Source of the DNA: Patescibacteria group bacterium
GTDB lineage: Bacteria; Patescibacteriota; UBA1384; XYA2-FULL-43-10; 1-14-0-10-43-13
NCBI GenBank assembly: GCA_041666325.1
Contig: JBAYHC010000003.1
Span: forward strand, 31,102 to 95,101
DNA: 64,000 nt
Reading direction: 5' to 3'
Numbering within the stretch: the first letter of the stretch is position 1; each line of letters begins with the position of its first letter. Below are positions 18,311 through 26,846 of this stretch, piece after piece. A program made the position numbers and the translations under genes. A model generated the notes under the pieces. It did not search any database. It saw only the letters and a program-made list of their open reading frames with translations, and had not been told where the DNA came from.

Positions 18311-18328
18311 CGCCCGGCCTTTTTTTGT
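18303..18328 (+). terminator. Intrinsic terminator after the prenyltransferase-like gene.
   Basis: CCGGGC-tagc-GCCCGG followed by CCTTTTTTTG. Confidence 0.5.
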
Positions 18329-18347
18329 GTGAAAAACAATAGGCAAT

Positions 18348-18968
18348 TCAAACCACGTGTAACGTATGATCTGGCAACTGCTCTTCTCGACCCAGGATGA
18401 AAGGCAGGGCATAAGTGACTGTTTCTGCAATTATCTTTTGAATGATTGGCTCTTCACGGTCTGAAAAATTTGATAAAACAAGCTCCTTGGTCTCGAGTGG
18501 ACGCTCGGGGGGATCAGATTCCGTCGGATCGCCGCTGAATTCGGAGATACCGATGCGGATTCGCACGAACTTATCCGTACCCAGAATGTCAATAATATTT
18601 TGCAAGCCCTTTTGCCCCGCGCTACTTCCCTCCCGCCTGATTCTGGCCTGTCCAACAGGCAAATCCTTGTCATCCAGCACAACAACCAGATCATCGATGT
18701 CAACCTTGTAATATGACAAAATCGCGGCAACTGCTTTGCCCGACAGATTCATGAATGTTTGCGGCTTAGCAATAATGACTTTATCTCCAGCAACAGTCGT
18801 TTCAGCTATCTCTGATTCGAATTTGTTGTTAAGGGAAAAGGAAAGTCCGCCGCCAACCGGAGATAGTTCTGGTCGAATGATTAGCTCATCAACAAAACGG
18901 AAGCCGCAGTTGTGGCGCGTCTTTGTATACTCTTTGCCCGGATTACCTAAACCAACAATTATTTTCAT
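18348..18968 (-). CDS. pth: Peptidyl-tRNA hydrolase.
   Basis: MKIIVGLGNPGKEYTKTRHNCGF.... Confidence 0.9.
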   Translation of the reverse strand: MKIIVGLGNPGKEYTKTRHNCGFRFVDELIIRPELSPVGGGLSFSLNNKFESEIAETTVAGDKVIIAKPQTFMNLSGKAVAAILSYYKVDIDDLVVVLDDKDLPVGQARIRREGSSAGQKGLQNIIDILGTDKFVRIRIGISEFSGDPTESDPPERPLETKELVLSNFSDREEPIIQKIIAETVTYALPFILGREEQLPDHTLHVV

Positions 18969-19002
18969 CTCGCTCCTATAAAACTACTCCCTCACCGAAA
19001 CC

Positions 19003-19472
19003 CTACCAAATTACGAATCGCACGAAAATACGAAAGTACGAATAATCATCTAATATTTAGTACCCGCTTGGATTCAACACCAGAGGAAGTTACATTGATA
19101 AGTATTCCAAGAGAAATATTTGTTGATTTAAGATATGAAAGCAATTGTGCGATATCACGTTTATGAAAATGATTACCAACCTTGAGCTCAAGAGCGATCC
19201 TGTCTTCAACTAGAAAGTCAAGGTAGTACCTGCCGATAACAGTATCTCCAACCATGATTGGCACGTGCAACTGGCACTTAAAGTTAATTTTGTTTTTAGA
19301 AAATACTTCTTCGAGAGCTTTCTGGTACGCCTTTTCTCTCAAACCATATCCCAACACGTTAAAAACCTCGAAGCAACAACCCATGATTCTGTAGCTCTCA
19401 TCTTTGTAAACTATATCCGTCATCGAATTCGTACTTTCGTATTTTCGCTAAATTCGTACTTTCGTCGGGGGC
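19003..19472. mobile_element. Candidate miniature mobile cassette: a GxxExxY-family gene exactly bracketed by ~40-bp imperfect terminal inverted repeats.
   Basis: Left inverted repeat aaattacgaatcgcacgaaaatacgaaagtacgaataatca abuts the stop codon. Right inverted repeat attcgtactttcgtattttcgctaaattcgtactttcg abuts the start codon. The two share an identical 21-bp core, cgaaaatacgaaagtacgaat and its reverse complement. Confidence 0.45.
19046..19423 (-). CDS. GxxExxY-family protein (PD-(D/E)xK-like small protein).
   Basis: MGCCFEVFNVLGYGLREKAY contains the G..E..Y signature. Size (~125 aa) is typical of the family. Confidence 0.8.
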   Translation of the reverse strand: MTDIVYKDESYRIMGCCFEVFNVLGYGLREKAYQKALEEVFSKNKINFKCQLHVPIMVGDTVIGRYYLDFLVEDRIALELKVGNHFHKRDIAQLLSYLKSTNISLGILINVTSSGVESKRVLNIR

Positions 19473-19475
19473 AAG

Positions 19476-19781
19476 TCAAAGTCCCGGTATATTGAGATTC
19501 CCTGCGATGTCCTTCATCTTCTCAGCAGCATGAGCTTGCGCCCTAGCAATCGCCTGAGAAACCGTGTTTTTGATGTCTTTCTCGAGCTCGTGTTTGTTCG
19601 ATGGATCAAGCGCCTCGTCGGCAATCTCGATATCGATCATGTGCTGTTCACCATTAAACACTACCGTCACCCACTCATCACTGCTCTTGGCCTCGATCTC
19701 TGTTTCTTTCAGCTCTTTTTGAATTTGCCGAGCTTTCTTCTGAAGATCGTAAAGATCCTTCATTTTGCCAAAATCTACCAT
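19476..19781 (-). CDS. ybaB: YbaB/EbfC nucleoid-associated protein.
   Basis: MKDLYDLQKKARQIQKELKETEIEAKSSDEWVTVVFNGEQHMIDIEIADEALDPSNKHELEKDIKNTVSQAIARAQAHAAEKMKDIAGNLNIPGL matches the YbaB family pattern. Confidence 0.85.
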   Translation of the reverse strand: MVDFGKMKDLYDLQKKARQIQKELKETEIEAKSSDEWVTVVFNGEQHMIDIEIADEALDPSNKHELEKDIKNTVSQAIARAQAHAAEKMKDIAGNLNIPGL

Positions 19782-19794
19782 AAATCTCCTAACC

Positions 19795-19898
19795 CCCTAC
19801 TAAATTACGAATTAATCGAAACTACGAAATTACAAACATATTCTTCATTTAATATTCGTAATTTTGTATTTTCGCTAGATTTGTACTTTTGTAGGGGC
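19795..19898. repeat. MITE-like imperfect palindrome of the same ~45-bp repeat family, bounded by CCCCTAC...GTAGGGG.
   Basis: The right arm attcgtaattttgtattttcgctagatttgtacttttgtagggg is ~85% identical to the right inverted repeat of the GxxExxY cassette. The left arm is its approximate reverse complement. Confidence 0.45.
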
Positions 19899-20578
19899 TA
19901 CACTGGTTTGATCATCCTGCTAAGCGCAAACACAAACACACTCAATATTAAGCTCAAAACAAGCAAAACGTCAACAGTGGACACAACTACAATCAATTTA
20001 TCCGGGATGAACACAGCAAGATCCGGTCTAAAATCAGTGTACCTGAATAACGCGAAAACGGCTGCAGCGGATAAAACAAAAGTTCCCGCAACGTTTTTTA
20101 GATCTTGAAGGCTAGGATTCATCGTTACGGCCACAGAGAGAGCGGCATACATCAACAACCAATCCAAGCGGCTCGAGAAGCTGACTCCCTGCAGTAGGCT
20201 AAGCGCGATCTCTCGAATTGATGGGTATGAAAAAGTAACACCGGTCAGGTTCACGCTACTGACGCCGACATTTGTTGAGATAAGGTAAATCGCAACAACG
20301 CCGCCAACCAAAGGTGCCAAAGAAATGACTACCTGACCAATCAGCGGCAAAAATGGCCGTTGATGCTCTACACTGCCTCCGGTTTTATCGAAAAAGGATA
20401 TGTGTGTAATCTTGGCGCCTGTCGCCACGCACCCGATAGCATGAGACAATTCATGCAAGATTACGCCGGGAGCAACAAAAAACCTGTATCTCTTGCCCAA
20501 GAGTGAGTGAGAGAGGAAAAAATCTATCAGTACTGCCAAAACCGGAATAGCAGCAACAAGTATCAATATTTCGCGCAT
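19898..20578 (-). CDS. Polytopic membrane protein with an HExxH motif (ILHELSHAIG), a putative membrane zinc metalloprotease.
   Basis: Multiple hydrophobic segments and an HELSH motif. The start at MREILIL is preferred because the upstream part of the track ORF is translated from the GGGCCGTAG repeat. Confidence 0.6.
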   Translation of the reverse strand: MREILILVAAIPVLAVLIDFFLSHSLLGKRYRFFVAPGVILHELSHAIGCVATGAKITHISFFDKTGGSVEHQRPFLPLIGQVVISLAPLVGGVVAIYLISTNVGVSSVNLTGVTFSYPSIREIALSLLQGVSFSSRLDWLLMYAALSVAVTMNPSLQDLKNVAGTFVLSAAAVFALFRYTDFRPDLAVFIPDKLIVVVSTVDVLLVLSLILSVFVFALSRMIKPV

Positions 20579-20593
20579 ACACCTCCTCCAAGG

Positions 20594-20640
20594 GCAATAA
20601 GGCCGTAGGGCCGTAGGGCCGTAGGGCCGTAGGGCCATAA
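20594..20640. repeat. (GGGCCGTAG)4 tandem nonamer followed by CTTAC/GTAAG-word low-complexity DNA.
   Basis: ggccgtagggccgtagggccgtagggccgtagggcc. Related TAAGG/CCTTACTG word-rich tracts occur at 15900-16020 and 41940-42040. Confidence 0.6.
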
Positions 20641-20708
20641 TGCGATAATGCTGTAAGACTGTAGTGCCAATAGCTTTGCTGCTTTGCCAGCCCTACTGTT
20701 CTGTTGCC

Positions 20709-21752
20709 TTACTTGCCAGGTTTATTTATTGCCAACCACTTAATATCGGCCTCGATAAAATCGTTGATATTGCCTGAGAGAACCTCGTCAGGATTACTTG
20801 ATTCATGGCCAGTTCGATGGTCCTTGACTAGTTTGTATGGATGCAGGACATACGACCTGATCTGATTTCCCCACTCCGGCGAAGATGACTCCCCCTTAAG
20901 TTCCTCGACTCTCTCTTTGTGCTGATCAAGCATCAATTTAGCAATACGGGAACGGACAATCTTCAGCGCAGTCTCCTTGTTCTGAAGCTGGCTTCTCTCG
21001 TTCTGGCAAGTTGCGACAATACCAGTCGGCAGGTGTGTAATGCGAACAGCGGAATCTGTGGTGTTGACTGATTGTCCACCGTGACCACTCGCGCGGTAAG
21101 TGTCAACTTTAAGATCTTTGGGATCAATTTCGATTTCGGCACTCGCCTCGATCTCCGGCATTACCTCTACTAGAGCGAATGAGGTTTGGCGCAAGGACTT
21201 GGCGTTGAATGGAGATTGCCGGACCAGACGATGAACACCGGACTCTCCCTTGAGTTTGCCGTAAACATGGGCGCCTCTAATCTCAATGGTAGCATTCTTC
21301 ACACCTGCTTCTGCTCCCTTGGTCTCGGACAAGATAACGGCACCGTCCGAATTATTCTCAGCCCAACGCAAATACATTGCAAGCAACATCCCTGTCCAAT
21401 CCTGAGCATCGTCACCACCAGCGCCTGCATAAAAGTTAATAATCGCATCCTTGCCATCATGCGGTTCGTCAAAATAAGCGAGAAGTTCTAGCTCGGCTAT
21501 CTGATCACTCAGGACTTCAATTTCGTCATCAGAAGCAATCCCAGCAATATCATTGAGATCATCAAACTTTTTGATCTCGTCATTGAGATTCTTCAGCTCT
21601 CGAGATCTTGCCTGAGCCAAACTCTCATTTGACCAAAAAGATGGCGTTGCCATCTCCCCCTCCACCTCGGCAGCCCGTTGTCGCTTTTCTTCAATTTTCA
21701 GAATTGATCTGAGTTCCTCAATCCTCTGTTTTGCATCCATAACAACCACCAA
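20709..21752 (-). CDS. prfB: Peptide chain release factor 2, encoded in a single frame with no programmed +1 frameshift.
   Basis: SPF tripeptide (VRQSPFN) and GGQ motif (RASGHGGQSVNTTDSAVRITHLPTGIV). Confidence 0.9.
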   Translation of the reverse strand: MVVVMDAKQRIEELRSILKIEEKRQRAAEVEGEMATPSFWSNESLAQARSRELKNLNDEIKKFDDLNDIAGIASDDEIEVLSDQIAELELLAYFDEPHDGKDAIINFYAGAGGDDAQDWTGMLLAMYLRWAENNSDGAVILSETKGAEAGVKNATIEIRGAHVYGKLKGESGVHRLVRQSPFNAKSLRQTSFALVEVMPEIEASAEIEIDPKDLKVDTYRASGHGGQSVNTTDSAVRITHLPTGIVATCQNERSQLQNKETALKIVRSRIAKLMLDQHKERVEELKGESSSPEWGNQIRSYVLHPYKLVKDHRTGHESSNPDEVLSGNINDFIEADIKWLAINKPGK

Positions 21753-21842
21753 AATTACTCTTTAATTCTAGCAAGAATTGTACTCGATTAACAGTAAAAG
21801 CCGCCCCTGTGAATGGGACGGCTTTTACTTTTTTGAAATTGA

Positions 21843-23999
21843 CTAGACTCGGAAGATGTCGCTCGCAATCTCAGCAACTTCTAACTGATCGAGAATAACT
21901 TTTCTATATCGCACATATGTTATTGCAACTCCTGCAACAAGTGTGAGCATGAAGCTCGCAGATGCGGCAGCACCACTCTTTGGTAAGTTTGGAATGATCG
22001 GCGTCTCTGTTTCCGTGACCGTTGTCGTGACACTCGATGCTGTGACAATGGTCGTTTTAATCTTTGTCTTGGCAGTATCGGTCAAGATGGTATCGTCGTC
22101 TTTAAGTGATGCAGTATTGGTTAGAGTCTCTCCGGCAGCAATATTCCCAGACAAAACAACTCTAATCTTAATATAGCCGCTATCCCCTGGCGCAATGGTA
22201 TCAAGAACAATACCGGTGTTAATCAAGCCCTCAGGCAATGTTTTTTCCATACTACCGTTGAGTGATATGATCGTGGTGCCAGGAACATACTGGGTATTGG
22301 CTGGCAGGGTATCAAGGAAGCGTACCACATCTGCTGGCGCATTGCCCTTGTTAGAAAACTCAATCTTGTATTCTAGGGTATCGGTTGAAAAAGCTTCATT
22401 ATTATCAACAAAGTTTGACTCGTTGGCAGTGAAGTTTCTAACTAATTTTTCAATCTTAAGATCGGCTTTCTTCACCTCAACTGCCGGCCTTGGCAAGCGG
22501 ACCATAACTTCGTCTCCGTATTTGTTATACATAACGAAGTCAAAGCTGGTGCCGTTCTGAGGCTGATTTGGAATTGGGTTTTTGACCCGAACCGTAAAGG
22601 TAAAATTGAGCGGCTGGTTTTCTGTCAAATCTACTGCCGGCCAACGGATCAATTTGGCATCATTGCCTGTTGTTCCATCAGTGATCACACCGCTGTCTGA
22701 AATATTAGTCACTTCGGCATACTCAAGTATGTCTGCAATACCGTCCTCGACTACGAAGCCTGGCTTTCGTCCGCCCTCGCTCGTAGCAGTAAGACTGTAA
22801 ACAATTATGTCTCCTGGATTAGCGTCTAACTCCAGAGCACTACCGCTGCGTTTCGCTGCCTGTTTGCCGGAAGTCGTATTGGTAGCACCTTTGCGCTTCA
22901 CAACGTTGCCTTCATCTGGTCTGAGAGTAATCGAAACCTCATCTTCTTTTGAGATGCTCCCGGCAGTGGCGATAGCTTTATTCTTAACAATGGATTGTGC
23001 TGTAATTACGCTTGGAGATTTGACCTTAAACCTGAAGGCGTGTGTCTCGTCTTGTCCGACTGGATGAGACATAGGCAGTCCATCTCCTACCAACTTATCA
23101 AAGTCAGAGTCAGGCAAAGACATAGACGCTCCGCTCACGACATGCTCAAGCGTGCCGGGAACAAATGTAAGCTCAGATGGCTTAATATCTTTGACTATCA
23201 GATTATCAATGCTAGCTGTGCCAGTATTGGTTACATCAATGTTAAAGGCAAGCTCCTGGTTTGATGTAGCGCTTGTTTGATCAAGAAAATCATTCTCGCC
23301 ACGGCTAATGTTTCTTACTTTTTTATCAACGCTGAAATTAACAGCATTGGTTATTGCAGTTGTTCTAACCCTGAAGGTGATAAATCCAGCAAAAGGCCAA
23401 CATGCATTCACGGTCCCAATGTTTGCACCATTGGCCGAAAAAAGATCGTCATTGAGCGTTACTGGAACCAAACCGCTTCCAGGCAAGATGTCGTCACGCC
23501 TCTGCACCTCTTTGTACCACTTAACAGAGCCTGCAACAGGCTCGACTTGAGCATTCTTGTCTAGCTGTATTGTAAGACCAGGGGTACCGATAACTCTTCC
23601 GTCGACACTTGTTTCAGTGGCCACTGTCGAGGCATTGCTCGCCGCAATACTTGCCGTGAGATTGGCGACAAGATTATCGGTTCTATCAGGAATATTTAGT
23701 TTAATTACAACATTCTCAGCGGGAGCACTAGCATCCTCAGTTGCAGAACCGTTGTGATAGTAAATCACTCCCTCAAATTCGTCTCCTGCGCTTCCAGATA
23801 TAGGATCATCCCACGTCCTCTGGTTTTGCGTTGCGTTTCGTCCAAATAGCAACTCATAGTCGCCATCAAGAAAATTAAATCTTGGCTCGAGCGCTTGAGC
23901 AGAAACTGCAGGGAAAACGATAAAAGAGAGCAAAGAAACGAGCAATGAAAGCCCGGTGATGGACTTGATCTTTGTTTTCAAGTATTCATTAAATCTCAT
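21843..23999 (-). CDS. Secreted surface protein with DUF11 (conserved repeat domain) repeats and a C-terminal LPxxG-like sorting signal.
   Basis: Signal peptide LSLLVSLLSFIVFPAVSAQA. DUF11-like units LEYKIEFSNKGNAPADVVRFLDTLPANTQYVPGT and AFNIDVTNTGTASIDNLIVKDIKPSELTFVPGT. C-terminal NLPKSG, then a hydrophobic stretch, then RYRK. Confidence 0.75.
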   Translation of the reverse strand: MRFNEYLKTKIKSITGLSLLVSLLSFIVFPAVSAQALEPRFNFLDGDYELLFGRNATQNQRTWDDPISGSAGDEFEGVIYYHNGSATEDASAPAENVVIKLNIPDRTDNLVANLTASIAASNASTVATETSVDGRVIGTPGLTIQLDKNAQVEPVAGSVKWYKEVQRRDDILPGSGLVPVTLNDDLFSANGANIGTVNACWPFAGFITFRVRTTAITNAVNFSVDKKVRNISRGENDFLDQTSATSNQELAFNIDVTNTGTASIDNLIVKDIKPSELTFVPGTLEHVVSGASMSLPDSDFDKLVGDGLPMSHPVGQDETHAFRFKVKSPSVITAQSIVKNKAIATAGSISKEDEVSITLRPDEGNVVKRKGATNTTSGKQAAKRSGSALELDANPGDIIVYSLTATSEGGRKPGFVVEDGIADILEYAEVTNISDSGVITDGTTGNDAKLIRWPAVDLTENQPLNFTFTVRVKNPIPNQPQNGTSFDFVMYNKYGDEVMVRLPRPAVEVKKADLKIEKLVRNFTANESNFVDNNEAFSTDTLEYKIEFSNKGNAPADVVRFLDTLPANTQYVPGTTIISLNGSMEKTLPEGLINTGIVLDTIAPGDSGYIKIRVVLSGNIAAGETLTNTASLKDDDTILTDTAKTKIKTTIVTASSVTTTVTETETPIIPNLPKSGAAASASFMLTLVAGVAITYVRYRKVILDQLEVAEIASDIFRV

Positions 24000-24059
24000 T
24001 TTCCTTCTCCGTGAAACACACAGGGAGCACTTTGACGTGCTCCCGCATGCTATTAATTA

Positions 24060-25601
24060 CTAATTCGTTGGTGGAAGATTTGGAGCGGCAGCAACTACTA
24101 CTGCGTTTGCCGTTGCAGTCTTCTCGGCAATACCGTCAGCCTTGGCGTAAGCGGTGTTCACCAATGGGTACGTACCCGCTGGCGGACAACCATAAACGTT
24201 ACCTTTGAGAATAATCGTTTTGGTTGCACCTGGTGCAATTGTGCCGATGTTTATGCCACCAGTTGTAATAATCTGATCGTTGACAGTGTTCCCGTCAACC
24301 CTGGTTGATCCGGAAACATAGTTAACAAACTGAGGCAGAGCGTCACGAACAATGACGTTGGTCATGTTCACGCCACCGCTGTTTGTGACCTTGATACGAT
24401 ATGTAATATCCTCAAGAAACTTAACGGTTGGGTTCACGACTGGATTACCATTGACGAGAACTTCTTTGGTAAGAGTCAACCCTGCCGGTGCGAGAGAGAC
24501 AACAAAGACAGTTGCCTGATCCCGGTCCTGCTCAACATTGTTCATGAAGACCTTGGCCAGGTTGTTGAGTGTCCACTCTCCGACCGGCAAGTTGCCGATC
24601 CTGGTTCGGTAAGTTATATATCTTATTCCCCCAGTGCCAGGAGCAATGTCAGGCATCGATATGCCGGTAGTGGCGATAGTATCAGGAAGTGTCGTAAATG
24701 CAGTCGGACTTGTCCATAATCTGGTCGAGCCGGCAACCAGCGACAATGCTGGTGGAAGAGTGTCCTTGATTGTAACTTGAGTAGCTGCAGCGGTGCCCAG
24801 ATTGTTTACTGTCAGGCGGAACGCAACTTCATCGCCAGGATGCACATTACCGGTTGCACCAACTGACTTCTGCCAATCATCGCTACCGGCCAGCGAAACA
24901 TGTTTGTCAATACCGATATTTGGTCTGCCCTTAATGTCAGCCAAGAAGGTAACATAGCCCGAATATGGCCAGCACCCCTGAATATCACCGATATTTACGC
25001 CAGTGTTGGCGATACCATCAGGCAGATTGGCAATCACTGGAGCTGTGTCAGGCCCATTTGGAAACGTAAATTTCTTAGTTGAACCGTTAACGTATTCGAT
25101 ACGACCAGCTACCGGCAGATTGAGGGTAACACCACTATTGCCTTTGACTTGTCCATTGATGACTGTGTCTCTAATTGGATCTGTCTCGTCGGACCAGAGC
25201 CAACTTGTACCAACCAGCTGCGTGTGTTCGCCGGCCGGGAAATCAACACGGATGGTTGTTCGATGTGCAACTGTATCGGGTACACCATTATGGAAATAAA
25301 CCATGAAGGCAATCCGATCTCCGATATTAACATTGTTGAGCGGATCACTCCACGTGTTAGAGGTCGTCTTACCCGCCATGAACATCTCAATATCACCCTC
25401 ATTTGAACCATCTTCTGCCGGGCCCAAGAAGTTGAAGCGCGGCGTTCTGGCTTGCTGCGCCTCTGCATTCTTTACATCAGTACCAGGCAGTGCGACAGCC
25501 GACACGATTGATGCCAAAGCCACGACTCCGATCAAGAGTTTTTTTGTTTTTGTCCAGAAACCCCCCTTTGAGCTTGAGGTAACATTCTGAATGCTCTTCA
25601 T
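24060..25601 (-). CDS. Secreted DUF11-repeat surface protein, paralog of 21843..23999.
   Basis: Signal peptide. Shares the post-signal PRFNFL motif with its neighbour. DUF11-like units VAFRLTVNNLGTAAATQVTIKDTLPPALSLVAGS and ITYRIKVTNSGGVNMTNVIVRDALPQFVNYVSGS. Ends in NLPPTN. Confidence 0.75.
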   Translation of the reverse strand: MKSIQNVTSSSKGGFWTKTKKLLIGVVALASIVSAVALPGTDVKNAEAQQARTPRFNFLGPAEDGSNEGDIEMFMAGKTTSNTWSDPLNNVNIGDRIAFMVYFHNGVPDTVAHRTTIRVDFPAGEHTQLVGTSWLWSDETDPIRDTVINGQVKGNSGVTLNLPVAGRIEYVNGSTKKFTFPNGPDTAPVIANLPDGIANTGVNIGDIQGCWPYSGYVTFLADIKGRPNIGIDKHVSLAGSDDWQKSVGATGNVHPGDEVAFRLTVNNLGTAAATQVTIKDTLPPALSLVAGSTRLWTSPTAFTTLPDTIATTGISMPDIAPGTGGIRYITYRTRIGNLPVGEWTLNNLAKVFMNNVEQDRDQATVFVVSLAPAGLTLTKEVLVNGNPVVNPTVKFLEDITYRIKVTNSGGVNMTNVIVRDALPQFVNYVSGSTRVDGNTVNDQIITTGGINIGTIAPGATKTIILKGNVYGCPPAGTYPLVNTAYAKADGIAEKTATANAVVVAAAPNLPPTN

Positions 25602-25895
25602 GGGCATCCTTTCTTTCTATTTCTTAACTTTAATTTAATTAGTCTTATTCTATCTTTTCGTCTATCAACAAGCGCTTAAACATAACACGGCCAATACCTG
25701 TTGTCAATAGGCCACATCTCATCCGTGCGTTTCATAATATTTATGATGTCTAGAAAACAATTTTTCCCACCACTGCTTGTCGCTACTTCAAAGCAACAAT
25801 CGTTCTTCTGATGGTTGCTTTGGGTAACGGGCGACTCAAAGAGTCGCCCTGGGATCGGATGGGGACGCTTCTCCTGGAGAATTGTCCCCGGTTTG

Positions 25896-26846
25896 TCAGA
25901 ATGCCGCTCCAGGCGGAGGCGTTGTCGGCGCCCCGGGCTGGTTGGCGTAGTCGTTGTTGGTCCACGACGTCGGTGGCAGAGGGGGTGGGCCTGAGCCACC
26001 GCCTGACCCCGGCAGACCGCCCGCGCCACCCGGCAGGGTGGGCGTGCCGCCCTGGCCCCCGTTGTCGTGGGGGGTGGTGACGAGCGGATCGTTGGGCGGG
26101 GGCGGCGGGTTGCCGTTGCCCGGTCCATTGCCAGGCTTGCCGCCCTGGCCGGGCTGACCACCCGGCGGGTTGATGATGTTCGTGTTGGTATTGCTATTGT
26201 TAACACGAATATTGTTCTGCTGCCTGGGGGTATAGCCCAGGCTACTGGAATGCCCCCAGCGCTCGGTGCGCGGAGCGCGCGCCGACCGGTACGACATCCC
26301 AAGGTCGACTTCGCCTCGGAAACGCCGCACGATCTTCGTGCGCCTCACGATCGGAGCCGGCGAAGCCGGGACCTCCGGGAGATCGACGTGCACCTGCGTC
26401 GCAGGTGCCTCGATCTCGACCTCAGTCTCAAACCTCTGGTCCCTGGGGGCGGGCGGGGGCGGGCAGACGTGCTTGGAAACAGACCAGCAGGCCGTGGAGA
26501 TGTTGCCGCAGCCTGCCTTCGAGATCGAATCCTTGTTCAGCGCCACGAAGACACGGGCGTTGAACTGGGTTCCCACCTGCCGGCCGTAGAAAACGCTACC
26601 TTCCGGCCAGCGAATGCGCCGCTGAACCCAGCCGCTCTTACGGTGCAGCGTGGTCGTGCCCCATACCGCGTACGGAGCGACGCCGACGACCTCGCCGGGC
26701 TGCATCTGCAGCACCTGGGCCCGGTCGGGGTTGGGATTCTGGAGCAGGTAGGAGACCTCGACGGTCTCCGTCGCCTGAGTTGCCGAAAGCGGAGCTGCCG
26801 CTGCGAAGGCCGCCAGGAGGACGACCAGCCACATGCGTATCCTCAT
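25896..26846 (-). CDS. Secreted protein with a Gly/Pro-rich C-terminal tail, encoded in a GC-rich island.
   Basis: Signal peptide MRIRMWLVVLLAAFAAAAPLSA. C-terminal low-complexity tail PPGGQPGQGGKPGNGPGNGNPPPPPNDP...GGAGGLPGSGGGSGPPPLPP. Start overlaps the stop of the upstream gene. Confidence 0.6.
   Translation of the reverse strand: MRIRMWLVVLLAAFAAAAPLSATQATETVEVSYLLQNPNPDRAQVLQMQPGEVVGVAPYAVWGTTTLHRKSGWVQRRIRWPEGSVFYGRQVGTQFNARVFVALNKDSISKAGCGNISTACWSVSKHVCPPPPAPRDQRFETEVEIEAPATQVHVDLPEVPASPAPIVRRTKIVRRFRGEVDLGMSYRSARAPRTERWGHSSSLGYTPRQQNNIRVNNSNTNTNIINPPGGQPGQGGKPGNGPGNGNPPPPPNDPLVTTPHDNGGQGGTPTLPGGAGGLPGSGGGSGPPPLPPTSWTNNDYANQPGAPTTPPPGAAF

Noticed and set aside
20709-21752. Programmed +1 frameshift in prfB.
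   Set aside because: The ORF is continuous from its Met to the stop and contains the SPF and GGQ motifs. No CUU-UGA-C site splits it.
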